64,000 bases of DNA from Chrysomallon squamiferum. Its lineage: Eukaryota; Animalia; Mollusca. Shown in pieces: positions 12,924 to 27,104 of the stretch. Where the stretch lies: NCBI GenBank assembly GCA_012295275.1, contig CM022670.1:10044001-10108000 (forward strand). The letters are read 5' to 3'. The notes below the pieces were generated by a model. It was not told the DNA's origin, made no database searches, and worked only from the letters and a program-made list of their open reading frames with translations. Within the stretch, counting starts at the first letter, position 1, and every line of letters begins with the position of its first letter. The translations under genes and the position numbers were made by a program.

Positions 12924-15786
12924 ATGGAACGAGAGTCCAAAGTAGATGCAGATGTACACTTCGGTCCTTATAGGGCAACGAAACTGGTTTGTTTGTTTAT
13001 TTATTATTAATTCTTAGTAATACCGTAATACGATTCATTTTGTTCGACAATCAACCCTGAATTTTTTTTTTCAACTAAAAATTAATAACATAACTATCTA
13101 ATTAACTTATGACGTTACTGGTTATGACTTTAATTGTTGTTCAGACTAATTTCAAATATCTAATTGGGGTTTTTGGATTTCTAATAATTTCTAATTTTTA
13201 GTATTTTACATATTTATACTGTTAACTTTACAGCTCGATCGGCCTCGATAGGTGAAGCGAGTGAAAGATCAATAAATTATTATGATTCAAATCGGTTTTA
13301 TTTTTAATCTAAATTTATTTAAATTATTATTGCTGAATCTCTAGTGAATCATGAAAGGCATTCAGTAATTTATTGCATAGTGACATTAACAATAAGAACA
13401 GTTTAACTCATTCTAGTAATTGTGTTCCACTCATTATTGAGAGAAGAAAATAGAGCAGTTCAAATTGTTAGGCCAAACTACTTGTTAGACAGACGTACTT
13501 TTTTTCATTTAAACAATATAATTCACATTAACAATAATAATAGTAATACTGACAACAACTAATATTGAAATAAGCTAACGTTTTAGACCTGTTCATGGAA
13601 TCCTTGATCTCTTATTGACAACCAGATGTAAAATAAATATTATTTAAGGTAATAATTTCTTTGGCCTGTTCCTTTATTACTCAATCTCAGTAAGATTCAT
13701 TTGAGCTTTCTATTACTCTTTGATCCCAGGGCTTACTATCAATCACTTTGCCAACGTCTGTGCATTTTAATTTTATTATATATCTGTAATACATGCTTCT
13801 CTGTACTGTAATCCTACAGTTTGAGTATACAGTCATTGTTATATATATAAACATACTCTTTTATAAGTATTATTTTCTTTTTTTGAACTTTGTTGTTAAT
13901 GATGTTATTGAATCTTACTATTATTAGTATTAACAATCAATTTCTTTATTATCAAATCAAATTATTAATCATGTTTAAATCAATACTAAAATTAGAAAAC
14001 TTAAAACATGGAAACTTGATTTATGGTTTATCAAGAAATACATATATTCATAATGTCGTTTCTTTTTTTAATGTGATAGATCTTCTCGATGTTAAACAGT
14101 GTCTTATGTTATTCATTATTTTGGTAAACTTAAAGAAATTCTTAGTGCATCTGTTAATTAGAAAAAGAAGAAATTATAACTAAATTGCAAATATTAAAGT
14201 GATAACTCATATTATGTAATAATTATGGAATGTCTTGAAAGAAGTATGTTTTATATTGTTATTAAGTTACTGGTCATACTAAAAAAATTAAAATCAATAT
14301 GATGTTGTTAATTTCATTCACAAATCTGGGTTCTTTTCTAAATGTCTTTCAGTGGAATGATGTTGTTACAACATTTCGAAAGGGAATGCCTCAAGGAAGG
14401 CATAAACGTTATATGAGAACATATGAAAACTGTTTTGTGGCTACGCAAGCTGTCGAATGGTTGCACAGATATTTAAAAAGTAACCCAAACTTTGGTTCAG
14501 ATGTAAATCGGTAAGTTTGTATGTAATGTATTTAAAAAATGCTTAGAGATTATTTATATTTGTTGTGTCAGTTTATAGTTTATAATTGACTTAGCCAAAC
14601 ACCTCCTGCCAAAATATAATTATCACACCCTACATCTACCATCATCATGACCTTATGATGTAATACTCAATGTGGCCCTACCCTGAATCCAGTAGGGGTC
14701 TTCCCTTCTCATTCACGACCCCTCCAGCATATACAAATAATAGACTTGTATGTTACTGCTTGTTACAGCACTGGGAAATTGTCCACTCACCAGGGGTGCC
14801 TTCTTTGTGGTCTTCTGTTTGTGCAAATAATTGGAGCTTGGGGTTCTTGATTTTAGCCACTCAAGTAAATCTTTACATACTTGTGTTAGGTAATTGTTGT
14901 AATAACAGTGGCTTTTCAGGATATTCTGTTTATTGTTTTGTATCATACCATCCTTTTATATGTCTGAGTAGAAACATTTATTTTTTAGTTGTGTTTAAAA
15001 AAATTTATATATAAATTAAAAAATGAAATAATAATAATAGTAAATAAATTGCAGGAACTTAAATTAATACACATTTTACATATTGTATCCAAAAATATTG
15101 TTATTATTTTATTACTGTTTAATATATATAATTATTATTATTTAAAAAAAAAAAAAAAAAAAATAAATTAACATAAATTAATAATATATACATAAACAGA
15201 ATAGTGTGAACTGTACAGCTATGTTAAAACTATACTGCATGTTTTCCTCAGGCAAATAGGGGTTTTATTGTTTAATAATATATAGCATTTAATATCATTT
15301 ACACCCAGAGGGGAAAAGCTGACTAATAACATGATTCCATTGGTGACCTTTTTAACACATAAAGATAAGTCCCAAGGCATATTGTATTTCATTGTATCTA
15401 TCTAAAAGCATTTCTGAATCACATTTTGTTTTACTGAAATAATTTTCAGAGTATTAAAATTACATATGTTTGAATTAAAAGGCTAACAAAAACATACAAA
15501 CAGTATCTAGAAATAATAAAGATTGCTTACAGCTCTAAAATGAATTATGGTTCATAGTAATTTAATATACATACATATATTATTAAAGATATATTCTCTG
15601 ATTACATTATTCACCATACCAGTATTTCACTAAACGTAATAAATTGCATTTTTTTTTTTTTTTCTAGTATTCAGTATTTTTGTTCAATAAAAACAAAAAG
15701 TACTTTGTATTTATTTCATTATTTATTTAATGTATTTATTTTGTTTCCTTTATATCTAATCTATATCTATCTCTCTGTCTATCAAT

Positions 15787-15878
<92 letters not shown>

Positions 15879-18800
15879 ACACACATATTTATATATATAT
15901 ATATATGTATAATTTTTAAACAGGCAGACAAAATTATGCATGTTATAAAATTAACTGTTTAATACTGACTAATTTAACTCATGGAAATTTTTATTAAACA
16001 GAAGTCAAACTATTCAGTTGCTAAAGAAATTTCACAAATCAGGTGTCTTTGAGGAAGTATCCCATTCAAAACATGGCCCTGTGGAATTTACTGATAATGG
16101 ACGACTTTATAGGTTAGAATAAGTATTTTTTGTTTATTAAGGTTATTTATTTATTTTACTTTTTTTTCCACTATTTTACTGTATATGTTAATATTAAATT
16201 ATAACAAAAATGTTATAATAGTTGTTAAAGTAATTAGTTATAACAAAATTAAAATTATTAACAAGAAATGATTACATTATGTATTGTCTTTTCAAATATT
16301 TTTGATATCTATTGCTTATGGTATGAGCATGTATATACATATAATGTAATTTAGCAATCATTTTATCAGATTGTTGCACAGTATTGTCATTACATTTCAG
16401 GTTTACAGACAGGTCCCCAACTCGACAACTGCGAAGTGCGCTGGCTTCTAGACCCACTGCTAATTATGTGAATACACAAGCTGGAGAAAAGAATCGTAAA
16501 AAGAATAGTAAACTAAATGCCACAATGCCAGCTGGAGGAGTCCGAGAGTGTCGTCTAGTTGCCAGGGTACTGTCTGCAAGTGATGTGCAAGATGTCTGGA
16601 AGAACATCACCCTGTACAGGTATTTGGGCAGATATCTATATCTTTTTTTTTTTTATAAATCTGTGAATGTGAAAATTTTATTATTTCAAGCAATTACTGA
16701 TTTTTTTTTTTTAATGTTAGACCTTATTTTGGAATGAGTACAAAATGAGTTATTTGTCTTTTTACTGATTTGTATTAAGAGATTCAATAATGAATATAAA
16801 AATATTGTCTTTTTCTGCAGATTACAAAAATGTCTTGGAGACAGTGTGAATACCAGTCTCTCTGAAATACTGGACAGTGGTCTGGTAAATGGTCAGAATA
16901 TAATGCACAACTGCTTGTATGTAAATAAGAGTGGAGTTGTCACAAACATTAAACCACAAGGTAAACAGTTTAAAGTCTGAAATTTTAAATGTAAATATAT
17001 CTATTATTTTATTCCTTTCAAATGGAAATTCACACTTTTTTTTTTTTAAATTAAATCATTCAGAATTGTAAATTTTATTTTTTTTATTTTTATTTTTTTT
17101 AAGCATAAGTAAATATTTAATATTTAAAAAAAATTTACTGTGAAGTTATTGTCTAAAAATCATTATTTTTAACTTGTATTGCTAATAAAAAATAAATCTT
17201 TATCTTTCTAATTTACCTTTTTTTTATTTCAGATCAGTTACCTCACTGGGCAATGTCTGCTATGAAATGTCTTGCTCGTTGTAAGTAATGATTACTTAAT
17301 TGTCTGTGTGTTTTTTTACTGTTTTTTATGTATAAATAAGAAACCAGAAATATAAATTTTTGGCACATAGTGTTTTCTGTATTTAAATTATTTTATTTAA
17401 TACATTTTGAATATATTTACTTACTCAAAATATTGCTCAACATATTAGTTTTTGAAGGTGATTGAATTTCAAAAATATTTTATGATTTTCAATTGGTTTG
17501 CAGGGCCTGAGAAAGTGGATAGTACTCTTCCGAGTTATCCTGGTTTTGAAAAAGATGTGTTTGGAGTTGTCAAAGATTATTTCCATGGTCTGCCAGAACC
17601 CCTAATGACCTATGATATGTATGAGGTCATCACCAGCGTTTATGGTATGAACATTTTTATTACCTTTTTAAGAGAAGCAGTTAAATGATTTAAAATATAT
17701 AAAAATATTTAAAAATAACATTGTGTTGTGATGTTTTATTAAGGGTGGTGACATTATTTTGTTATTGCTTTTTATTATAATTGTTGCTTTATATTTTCAT
17801 ATTTTGATGATGATGATTTTTCTTCTTCTTAATTTTTTTCGTTCAAATCAATTTAGTTAGTTTTTCCAAAATATTATTGACCACTGATTATTATAGAACT
17901 CAAATATAGAAGTTTTGTTTACTTTAAAACAGGAAGTTTTAATTTTTGTTTGTTGTTATAGTTCTGGCTAAAAACCACCTTCCCAGACATTCATCTCCTA
18001 ATGTCGGCAATACTAGAACAACATCTGGAATATGGTCCTGTTCATCTCTAGAGAATCTGCTGATGGAAATTGTAAGAAAAAATGGCACTGAACGCTCCAC
18101 CTCGTCTCACTATTCTAGTCACACCAGCAGATGCAGCACTAGTTTTAATCTGTCTCACTTTAACCCTGTTGCTGAAAGCACCACCACTGAAAGCTGGAAG
18201 AACACCAATTCTATGACAGATCTGCCCATCACACGTTATGAAACTGCTTTTGGACCAGAAAATCGTATTGTGACCAGAGTTTTCTATTCAAATGGAGTTT
18301 CAACAGATTATGATCACTGTAGTTTTGGTGTGGATGAGGAATTTATGCCACTTGAGACTCACTTTGATCTTACACCAAACAGTGCAACAAATAATTCCAA
18401 TTCAAAGAATCACCAGGTCAACTTCACAAGAGCAAAATCCCTGGAGAAAATTAATGTGATTGATCCTAATGACAGATTACCACTAAGGTATTGTAGTTCA
18501 GCATCAGGAGGTTATCCAGAAACACCTGTATCATCCCTGAACTTCAACTCAAAACGCATGGGTTCTCAGCAGAGTTTGTCCTTCAAGTCATGTCGCTCTG
18601 TGGACAAATCTCAACACAGTGCTTCATACAAACCTATTCTGGATGGAGCTAAACTGAAGTCGTCAAGATCTGTTCTCAGTAACTCCTCTCCAAATCTTCC
18701 CGGGCTTTCTGGTTCAGCTCCACGCACCCATTCTTGCCTTGACAGCAACTCAGCCAGTGCAGTTAGTGCCAGCATGATGGATTTGACACCACAAAAGTCC

Positions 18801-20088
18801 AGACGAGATGGCCCATCAACTTACCACTGGAGAAGATCTACATGCCTTGACTGTGAGATAGAGTCATGAAATTTTAATGACCTTGTTTACAGTAGAATAG
18901 TATAAATACTCTTAAGAGAATATTCTTCTCATTTTGGAAAAAACAGTAATATTTCCATTGTAAATTAAAAACAAATATATGTATATTAATAAAAGTAATT
19001 GCCAAAAATATTTAAAAATTTATGTTACAATTAAATATACTCAAAAAAACCCCAAAATTAAATAATTATATTAATATTTATTATACTGTCAGTTACAAAA
19101 ACAAGCAACATAATTTTTTTATTTATATATCAGTCAATAATAAAATGTTTCAGCATTTATGTTTATTAAAAAAAATTATTAGTAATTGTATATTGCTTCA
19201 TTTAGGTCATCAGCTGTTTTATTTGATATATGTTCAATAATATTTTCAGTAGTTCAGGCTCTACAGTTTGAAGACCAGACTCGCACTGCACTCAGTCTGG
19301 TGTGTTTATTGTTACCACCAGCCAACAGACGCAAACTCCAACTGTTACTGAAGCTTATGTACAAGATGAGCAAGAATACTAAGTTGTGTATTGATGAAGG
19401 ACAGTCTACAAGAGATCTGGTAACAAACAGATATGTTACATCATTTTCCTTCACTGGAAAAAATAAGACCTTTACTGCACACTTTTTATGAAAAAGAAAA
19501 TTAGAGAATGTTAATAAATATTTTTAGATAATTTAGCCATCAGATTTTTTATTAGTTTAAAAATTATAATTAACTTTTAAAAGTTTAAAAAAAAATTCTG
19601 AAAAAAAGACCAGTTTTAAAAATAGAGTTATATTTCTTTTTCATTGTGGGAATATTTGACTGCTTTTATTTCTGTTATTATAATTTAATATAAATATAAT
19701 TAATATGAAATAAGACTACAATTATAAAATGAATCTTGATTTAAGTTAACATAATACTTTAAGGTATTGACATAAAACATTCCATTCATCCAAAATGCTG
19801 TATTTACAAAGTGAAACTGGAATCTTAAATGTTAATTAAATATTCTTCAGGTCATCAACACATTTTATCGCTGTATTCTGAGCTCCCATGAAGAGGCTGA
19901 CATGGATGAGATTCTTGTGCCACAGATAGTTGGTTTCCTTCTTGACAACCACTCTGAGGTACTGGCTGTGCCCTCTGAACTGAAAGAACATGTTGAAGAC
20001 AGACTGAAGGACATGCAGAAACCACAGGTTAGTTCATTAAATCCTGATACATCGATACCATCATGGATCACTCAAGTACCAGACATTA

Positions 20089-20139
<51 letters not shown>

Positions 20140-22442
20140 TAATGTTTTTCCTAAACTTCAGAAACATCATTTTTTTTAATTTTTAATTTTTGGTTTTGGA
20201 TATAATTTCATACATACAGAAAAGCATATAATAATAAATATAAACATGTTCAGTACTAAATTAAACTTTTAAAAACAAGGCAGTTCCTTTTTATTTGACA
20301 TGATACATTCATATAGACTGTTTAGTTGGGCATTATATTAATATAAATATTCTATAAAAATCCTTTTCAGTATTTAAGCATGAAAATTATGCATTATCTG
20401 CATAACCAGTGACAGTTATATATAGTGAAAAACATAATCTGCCATTAGTTTGCTAAATTATACTCACCTTAATTTATAATACATTTACTAAACTGCTGTA
20501 TAATGGTATTCATTTGCAAATGCTGTATCTCACAATAAATATGTAACCATGCTTTAGTTGATCTTTGAATATTTAGTATGTCAGGAATATTGTTTTCTGA
20601 GGCTTTTTCTTCCTTTTCATTTTTTAACTTTTTTTTTTTATTTATTTTTTTTTTTTTATTTTTTTTATTTAAGTGTTCAGTTTTTTGATGGAGGGGGTCC
20701 TCATTTATTTTGAATTAATATCGTTTTATTTGTTAACTTTTATAATTATACCATTAAAAATTATGATAAAAAAATTACTGCAAGCGAATATTAATTTTAT
20801 CCCCTTTACTTGTTTGCTTTTGCTCTTTTAGTTGTGTCTTTGCACTGCTTGTTTGCTTTTTATTGCACTTACTAATTCATTCAGTTATTTTTGCTGTTAT
20901 AGTTAACAATGAATCGAATGATAATTTAAAAGAATAATGTTTAAATTTAATCAGACAGCTTACTGGATATTGACCTACAAAAATAATTTATCACTTATAA
21001 ACTGAAATTTTAAACTATTGATAGTTTTTTTCTCTCTCTAGTTATTTATTTTAAAAATGCGTACCAAGTTAAATAATATAGTCATTAAGAGAATAAAATT
21101 TATTTCACTGCCTTTTCAGTCCCTAATTGACCCATCCCTTTAAAAGTGCAGATCTGTCAAATTTCCTAAAATTCTAAAAAATTTAAGCATGTAATATTTC
21201 ACTAATCACATGGCTTTAACTGCTTTAATTGCTACCTAGTAAAATAATATTAACACTAGATAGATCTAATTTATTAACTAAATGACATATACAGGTTGTT
21301 TGAAAAATATATAGCTGATGAAGCATGTTTTGTTTATGCATTTTAAGAATAGAGCATGGTTAAAAGGTGAGCTGCCAAGATATTTATCTTCATATATTTT
21401 TATACTTGTATCTTACACTAGTATTACATAATGTAAGCATGTAATTGATAGTACTTAATATAGTAATTATGTGAATAATAACTAACACTAATGTACAACA
21501 TAATGCATTCTGTTAACACGTGCTTCTTACAAGCTGTCACTGAAATTTTGTATTTATTGAGTCACTGGGCTTAATTAATTCTATTTCCTTGACACTATAA
21601 ATATATTTATCACAAGAGAGTGACACATGGAGATAATTGTTTTGCATATCTAGTTAGAAATAATTTGTAAAATAGTTAAACTACTGTATAAATTGAAAAT
21701 TTAGTATTGATACTTAATGAACTTTGTGGTAACATTAATATTAATGTATTTACATTTACTTACAGTTAGGAAATTATCTTTTGATTTAACTGAGCATTAT
21801 CATATTAAAGTAATAAATATAAACATCTGTTTACTTTCTAAATAAATAGCTACTGTTAAATTGTCAGAAAATGTAAGTAGATGTCTCAGTTTTATTTCGT
21901 AACACCATGTAATGCACTATTAATTGTTGTTACTATTTTTATAAATATAAATGTAATTTGTTTTAAAGCTTGGCAGCTCTTAGCATGCAATAGTTTTTGT
22001 TGTTTTTATAAATTTATTTTCTTAATATGATTTTATTTTTGCCAACAAGCTTTGTGAGCGTGCACTACATGTAAAGGGGATATGAACTGACAACAGTACT
22101 TTTGGTGTTGTGAGTAAATATGCCAGTGGTTATATTCTGTCAGAAATATTTTGTTTAAATGACTATTACAACAACAATTTAAAAAAAAAAATTAAATCAA
22201 TTTCCTTTATATGTTAGTTTTGTCAGAGGGGTTATTAGGCATATTAATGAATCTAAAATTGCTTCGCTCAAAATAATTTGCCTTTTTTGCTTTTGTGCAT
22301 CAGTTTATTATAAAGTTAAGAATTTAAACTACTAATAATTTAAAAAATAGGATAAGAATAAACATACTTTAAAAAAAAAAAAAAAATAATTATTATCATA
22401 ATTGAAAACAAATTTAATATAAAAAATAATAATAATAAAAAA

Positions 22443-22473
<31 letters not shown>

Positions 22474-23252
22474 TTATTTCATAAAATCAGAATAAGACAA
22501 TTAAGAATCCCCGGTAGTGCACGCTAATCACTCTTAAGCATCCTGCTGATGAGTGGCGTGTCTCTGCCGATTTCAGATTGTGTATTCACCTGGCGATCCT
22601 TTGCAATTGCATTATTGTAAGCAGGTAACCACACAAGAGTACAACCGCCAGAAGGAATCTAATTCTCAAGGAGCACTAAGGAATCTCTTGGATGACATTA
22701 TTAATGATGCAACCATGCCAGAAAAAATCAAGAGAAAAAGACTTAAACAAGTTGGTTTATATTATAGATACGTGAAGCTGCAATAACTACAGGACAAACA
22801 AATAAAAATAGTTAATATTGAGCCAGTTAAATGTTAATTGCTGGCATAAAGTTTAGCAAGTTTAGATTAGTAGTTTTAAAGAATGGGACAATTATTAACA
22901 AACTGCAGTGTTGAATTAGAAGCAGGCATGTTGACATACAGGATTGATACTTCCAAAATTAGCTAATTTAATCAAATTATAAATTCCAAAAATAAATAAA
23001 TAAATAAATATTTTAAAAATTCAGATGGAAAAATATTATTTTAATTTTAAAAAAACTGCACATTATAATTTATGATTGTTAATTTTAATTATGGGGCATT
23101 TTATTTTCTAGTTTCAGAAAACCTACCCTGACCTGTATGCACAACGCTTCCCAACCCAGGAGAGTGAAAATGAAGTAATCTCTGCAAAGCCCAAGATCAA
23201 ACCACCTTTGTTGGCAAAACCCCTGATGAAGCTGCGTGGGCTTAGATTTTAA
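12924..23252 (+). CDS. DEPDC1: DEP domain-containing protein 1 (DEPDC1/DEPDC1B family; DEP plus RhoGAP-like domain), about 810 aa
   Basis: Exons 12924-12986, 14353-14510, 16002-16112, 16401-16619, 16821-16960, 17233-17280, 17504-17644, 17962-18852, 19250-19419, 19851-20027, 22577-22750, 23112-23252 (TAA); 2433 nt in frame. Family motifs GPYRATKLWNDV, LPHWAMSAMKCLARW, YPGFEKDVFGVVKDYF..EPLMT, CLLLPPANRRKLQLL and FQKTYPDLYAQRFP. The donor of the 891-nt exon (GACT|gtgaga) is the least certain junction. Confidence 0.92.
15788..15874. repeat. (CA)n microsatellite
   Basis: Direct reading. Confidence 0.95.
20089..20138. repeat. (TAT)n microsatellite
   Basis: Direct reading. Confidence 0.9.
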
Positions 23253-23603
23253 ATATAAAGAACTTGAAGAATTACAAATTTGAGATATTAAAGTTTATTA
23301 AAAATACAACTTTAAAAAAAAAAAAAAAAAGATCATCATTTGTCAGGTTTTTTAAATTAGTTTAATATATTTTGTTCATTTTTATTTTTTGTTTTTAATT
23401 AAATTATCTTTTTTCCTCTTTTTCTCCCCTTTTTCATTTTTGGGTTTGTTGTTTTGTTTTTTAATGTTTTCTGTTTATTAAATATTTAAATTATTTTTTG
23501 TTAGTAGTCTGTATTTACTAGTTATGCATGTATTATTAATATGATTAATTATTTAAAAATGAAACTGAAGGAACTGTTTAATGTTTTTCACAGTTTATTT
23601 TTC

Positions 23604-23634
<31 letters not shown>

Positions 23635-25596
23635 GATGTTATTAAAAAAATATATATTATTATTTTTTTTTTTTCAAGATTTAGTAATAAATTAAAAAAA
23701 ATAATAATAATAATAAATCCTCAGGCAATTCATGTAGGAGAGGATGAAAAATAATTTTATTCATTACTTTGTCCAGTTTGGAATTTCTTACAAGATCTTT
23801 TCATCACGACCAACAATACAATTGATTTTTAATCCAAAAATAGGCTTCTAGCTTTTCTATTTTGTGAATTTCTATTTATTTATTTTTTATATTTTTTTAT
23901 TATTATTTTTTTTATTGCCTTAATAAATAATCTTCAGATATGTTTTTCTAACAAAAGTATGTTACATTTTTTTGTTTTCTATACATATGATTCAAGTAAA
24001 AAAAAAAAATCAGCTTTAGATGTTTTAATGACAACTAGTCTTCATTAATATATTTCAGTTTACTGTCATTATTTATATATTTCACTTTACTGTCATTGTA
24101 CATGATTTGTTGCTTACAGTCTTTTTAAAAATTATATATAATTTTATAATGAATGATTTAGGGTATTGATGATTCAATATATATTCAAGAAGTTCAATTG
24201 TTTCTATTTCTAGCAGTTGAATAATTATTTATTAGAAGGTAATGGGTAATAAAGGTTCTATAAATGACTGAAAGCTTTCTAAAAAGTTTTTAAAGAGTTA
24301 GCCATCTTGAACAAATGTTTAGATATATAATACTCAGCAGTTTTTAAATACAGCTATGAAATGGTAAATATGAAAAATTATGACCAAAATCATGGATTTC
24401 TCAGCTGCTTAAAAAAAATCTATTACAATTTTTTTTTTTTTAACTATATATAATCACTGACCTGAAATTTGTTATCATGCTTTAGAAAATGTAGCTACAA
24501 AAACCTCTGATGAAGATTTGCATAGAATTCCTGAAATGTACTTTTTTAGGCCACAAATGTGAAAGACTAAGGTTTCCTTGAAAGTACTATTATTTTGAAT
24601 GAATATTAATTTCATGTTTAGAATAAAAGAAAAATCAAAATGACTGACCTATTATCAAAATTAATATTAGATGCAATAAATTAATTTCATTCCAGTATAC
24701 ATGTTTTCACTGACTGAATAATTACTAGGACAATAATTTTGATTTTTTTTTTTTGTTATATATATATTTGGGCTTAAATATTTTTGTTGGGAATTCATTG
24801 TCTGAATTCACAGTGAAACTAAATAACCACAGTAAGCACAATAAAATATTTTGAAACAAAACTATTTTTAGATTGGAATTTTCACTTACCAGTACTTCTG
24901 TCAAACTGTTTTTTTAGATAGGATTTTTCAATTTTTAGATATCTTCCTCATGTGGGTTGATAAATAATATAGTTTTATATTTCTCTCTGTATGTGATGTA
25001 TTTCTATGTTATAAATTTGTTATTTCTATTATTTCTACATAAATCCTATTTATTTTTCAAAATAAATTTGCTTTGTTCTGTAATTTGGAATACTCACATT
25101 TGTATTAAAAAAAACAAAAAAAAAAATCATGCTTTCAGGAATAAAAATATTTTTGAAACAATTTTAAATGTTTTTCTCTAATTCATTATAACCACTAGTT
25201 AGCAAAAAATTAGAAAATTTGATTTTTTGTTTTTTTTTTTTTTTTTTTTTTTTTTACAACCATTAAGAAAATGCATGTAAAAAAATTACTTTTTTAGATA
25301 AATGTTTCAGGTTGTTTGGGTTTTTTGCAAAAGGAAGTTCATGTACATAGATAACATAATAATAATGCATACATCACACCTGTAACTACAATAAGTAGAA
25401 ATATGATTTCTAAAATTGTTTTTTATATTAATAACTTTTAATTTTTCATACTATCCTAAGATTTTGTGGCAGATGCTGAAAACTTTGTGCTAGAGAGTTT
25501 TTTTTTAAAAATAGATATATTTAGAAAGAAACACTACAAAATGACATTCTTGGAAAAACTAACATTTTCATATAATGAATGTATATGATGAAACCA

Positions 25597-25631
<35 letters not shown>

Positions 25632-26204
25632 GTTTGGGATGGAGAGTGATTATTTGTACTAGTTTTTTGTGGTAACATGGGAACCTTTCACCATTTCAAA
25701 TTTTGTAACATTTTTGATTATTCCAAATTTTTTTGTGTTACGATATATGTCAACATGAATTATAAGACTGATCTGAGGTGCACCCAAAACAAATTCCGAT
25801 CATCATTAATCTTCTAAAATAAGTTTACAACCCTTGGTAATATCGAAATTTTATCATATCCAAATGAAATGTCTGGTACTTTTTATAAATTTTCAATTTT
25901 ACACATATCGTTTTTTTTTATAAATTTACACAAGTTTTATTTTAAAAAGTACTCTAAAATCGTGAAACAAACTTAATTTGCAGATCGTTTAATGGCAAAA
26001 CTAGATAAGCTTCATCTTAACCAAAATGTAAATGCAAGACATTCAAACGTCTCAGGCTTATTCTACTGCTTAAGAACATTTACTGTCGCTGATGAAAAAA
26101 AAAAAAATTATAATAATAGTAAAAAATAATTGTTTTATCCTTCGATAAAACTCATCTGCAACGTTATCGACTATAACGAAAACTTAGAGTTATGTCCCTT
26201 GCAA

Positions 26205-26212
26205 TGACGTCA
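26205..26212. promoter_or_regulatory. Palindromic CRE/ATF site TGACGTCA in the probable syntaxin-7/12 promoter
   Basis: Perfect TGACGTCA inside a locally CpG-retaining region (about 25.7-26.6 kb), about 900 bp upstream of the syntaxin ATG. A splice acceptor at 27011-27012 implies an upstream non-coding exon. Confidence 0.5.
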
Positions 26213-27104
26213 AGTAATGGCTGATATTGGTGGGAAGTAGGTGGATTTAGTAAATGTTTTTATTAATTAGTTTTAGTTGTTTATATTTTTATTCTGAAAT
26301 TATTTGCTGTTGTGATTATTGTTTATAAGGTTTTCCATTTATTCAATGTTTTCATCACACTCGTGTTATTTTAAGTGATTTTCAACATATGATGACACCT
26401 GTCAGAAGCACTTCCCAGTCATCGGCAACTCCGCAATGTAAAATCTAGTCACCCAGCGGAATATTTAGTCTTTGTTCTCTTAATAAATATTTTATTAACG
26501 ACAAAAAATTTTCTTACCTCTGTTTAATGTGAAATTATATATCTGTCTATTTTTTCGTAATATATTTAAACTGTATAAAGATTGATATCGTAAATATCTC
26601 TACTAAATAGTAAGTTTATGTTCCTGTTTCTAGAAACTGATAGTGATGGCATTTAGTAATTAGTCATAGCTATTTCACTGAATTACTAAACTGAGCCACA
26701 AACTGATTAGTTGATTTTGCATTTCTTTCAAAAATAAACAAAACATATTTTGTTTTAATTAACATAATATATGTGTATGAGAATATTCAAAAATAGAAGT
26801 ATTAAAATATATTAATTTAACAAACATTTATAGTTGTAAAAAAAAAAATTGTTATCAATTTTGTTTTATTGAAATCTTTTTATTCTCTTGCAATAATTAT
26901 TTTAAATTAAGGACATGAATATGTCCTATTTTACTTTGTTGCTTTCTTTCTTTCTAAGCCATAAAAATAATTTTACTTTAAAAATATTTATAGTTAATTT
27001 GTTTTTTTTTAGGTTTTAATAAAGGCTGCTACTATATTTATAAACAAGTGGCAACAGTTCTTTAACATTTGTGACTTCACTATAATTGATATCTACTGAT
27101 CATC

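Noticed and set aside
17946-18869. 307-aa ORF as a stand-alone gene
   Set aside because: It has an acceptor at 17960-17961 and a phase-compatible donor at 18853, so it is an internal DEPDC1 exon.
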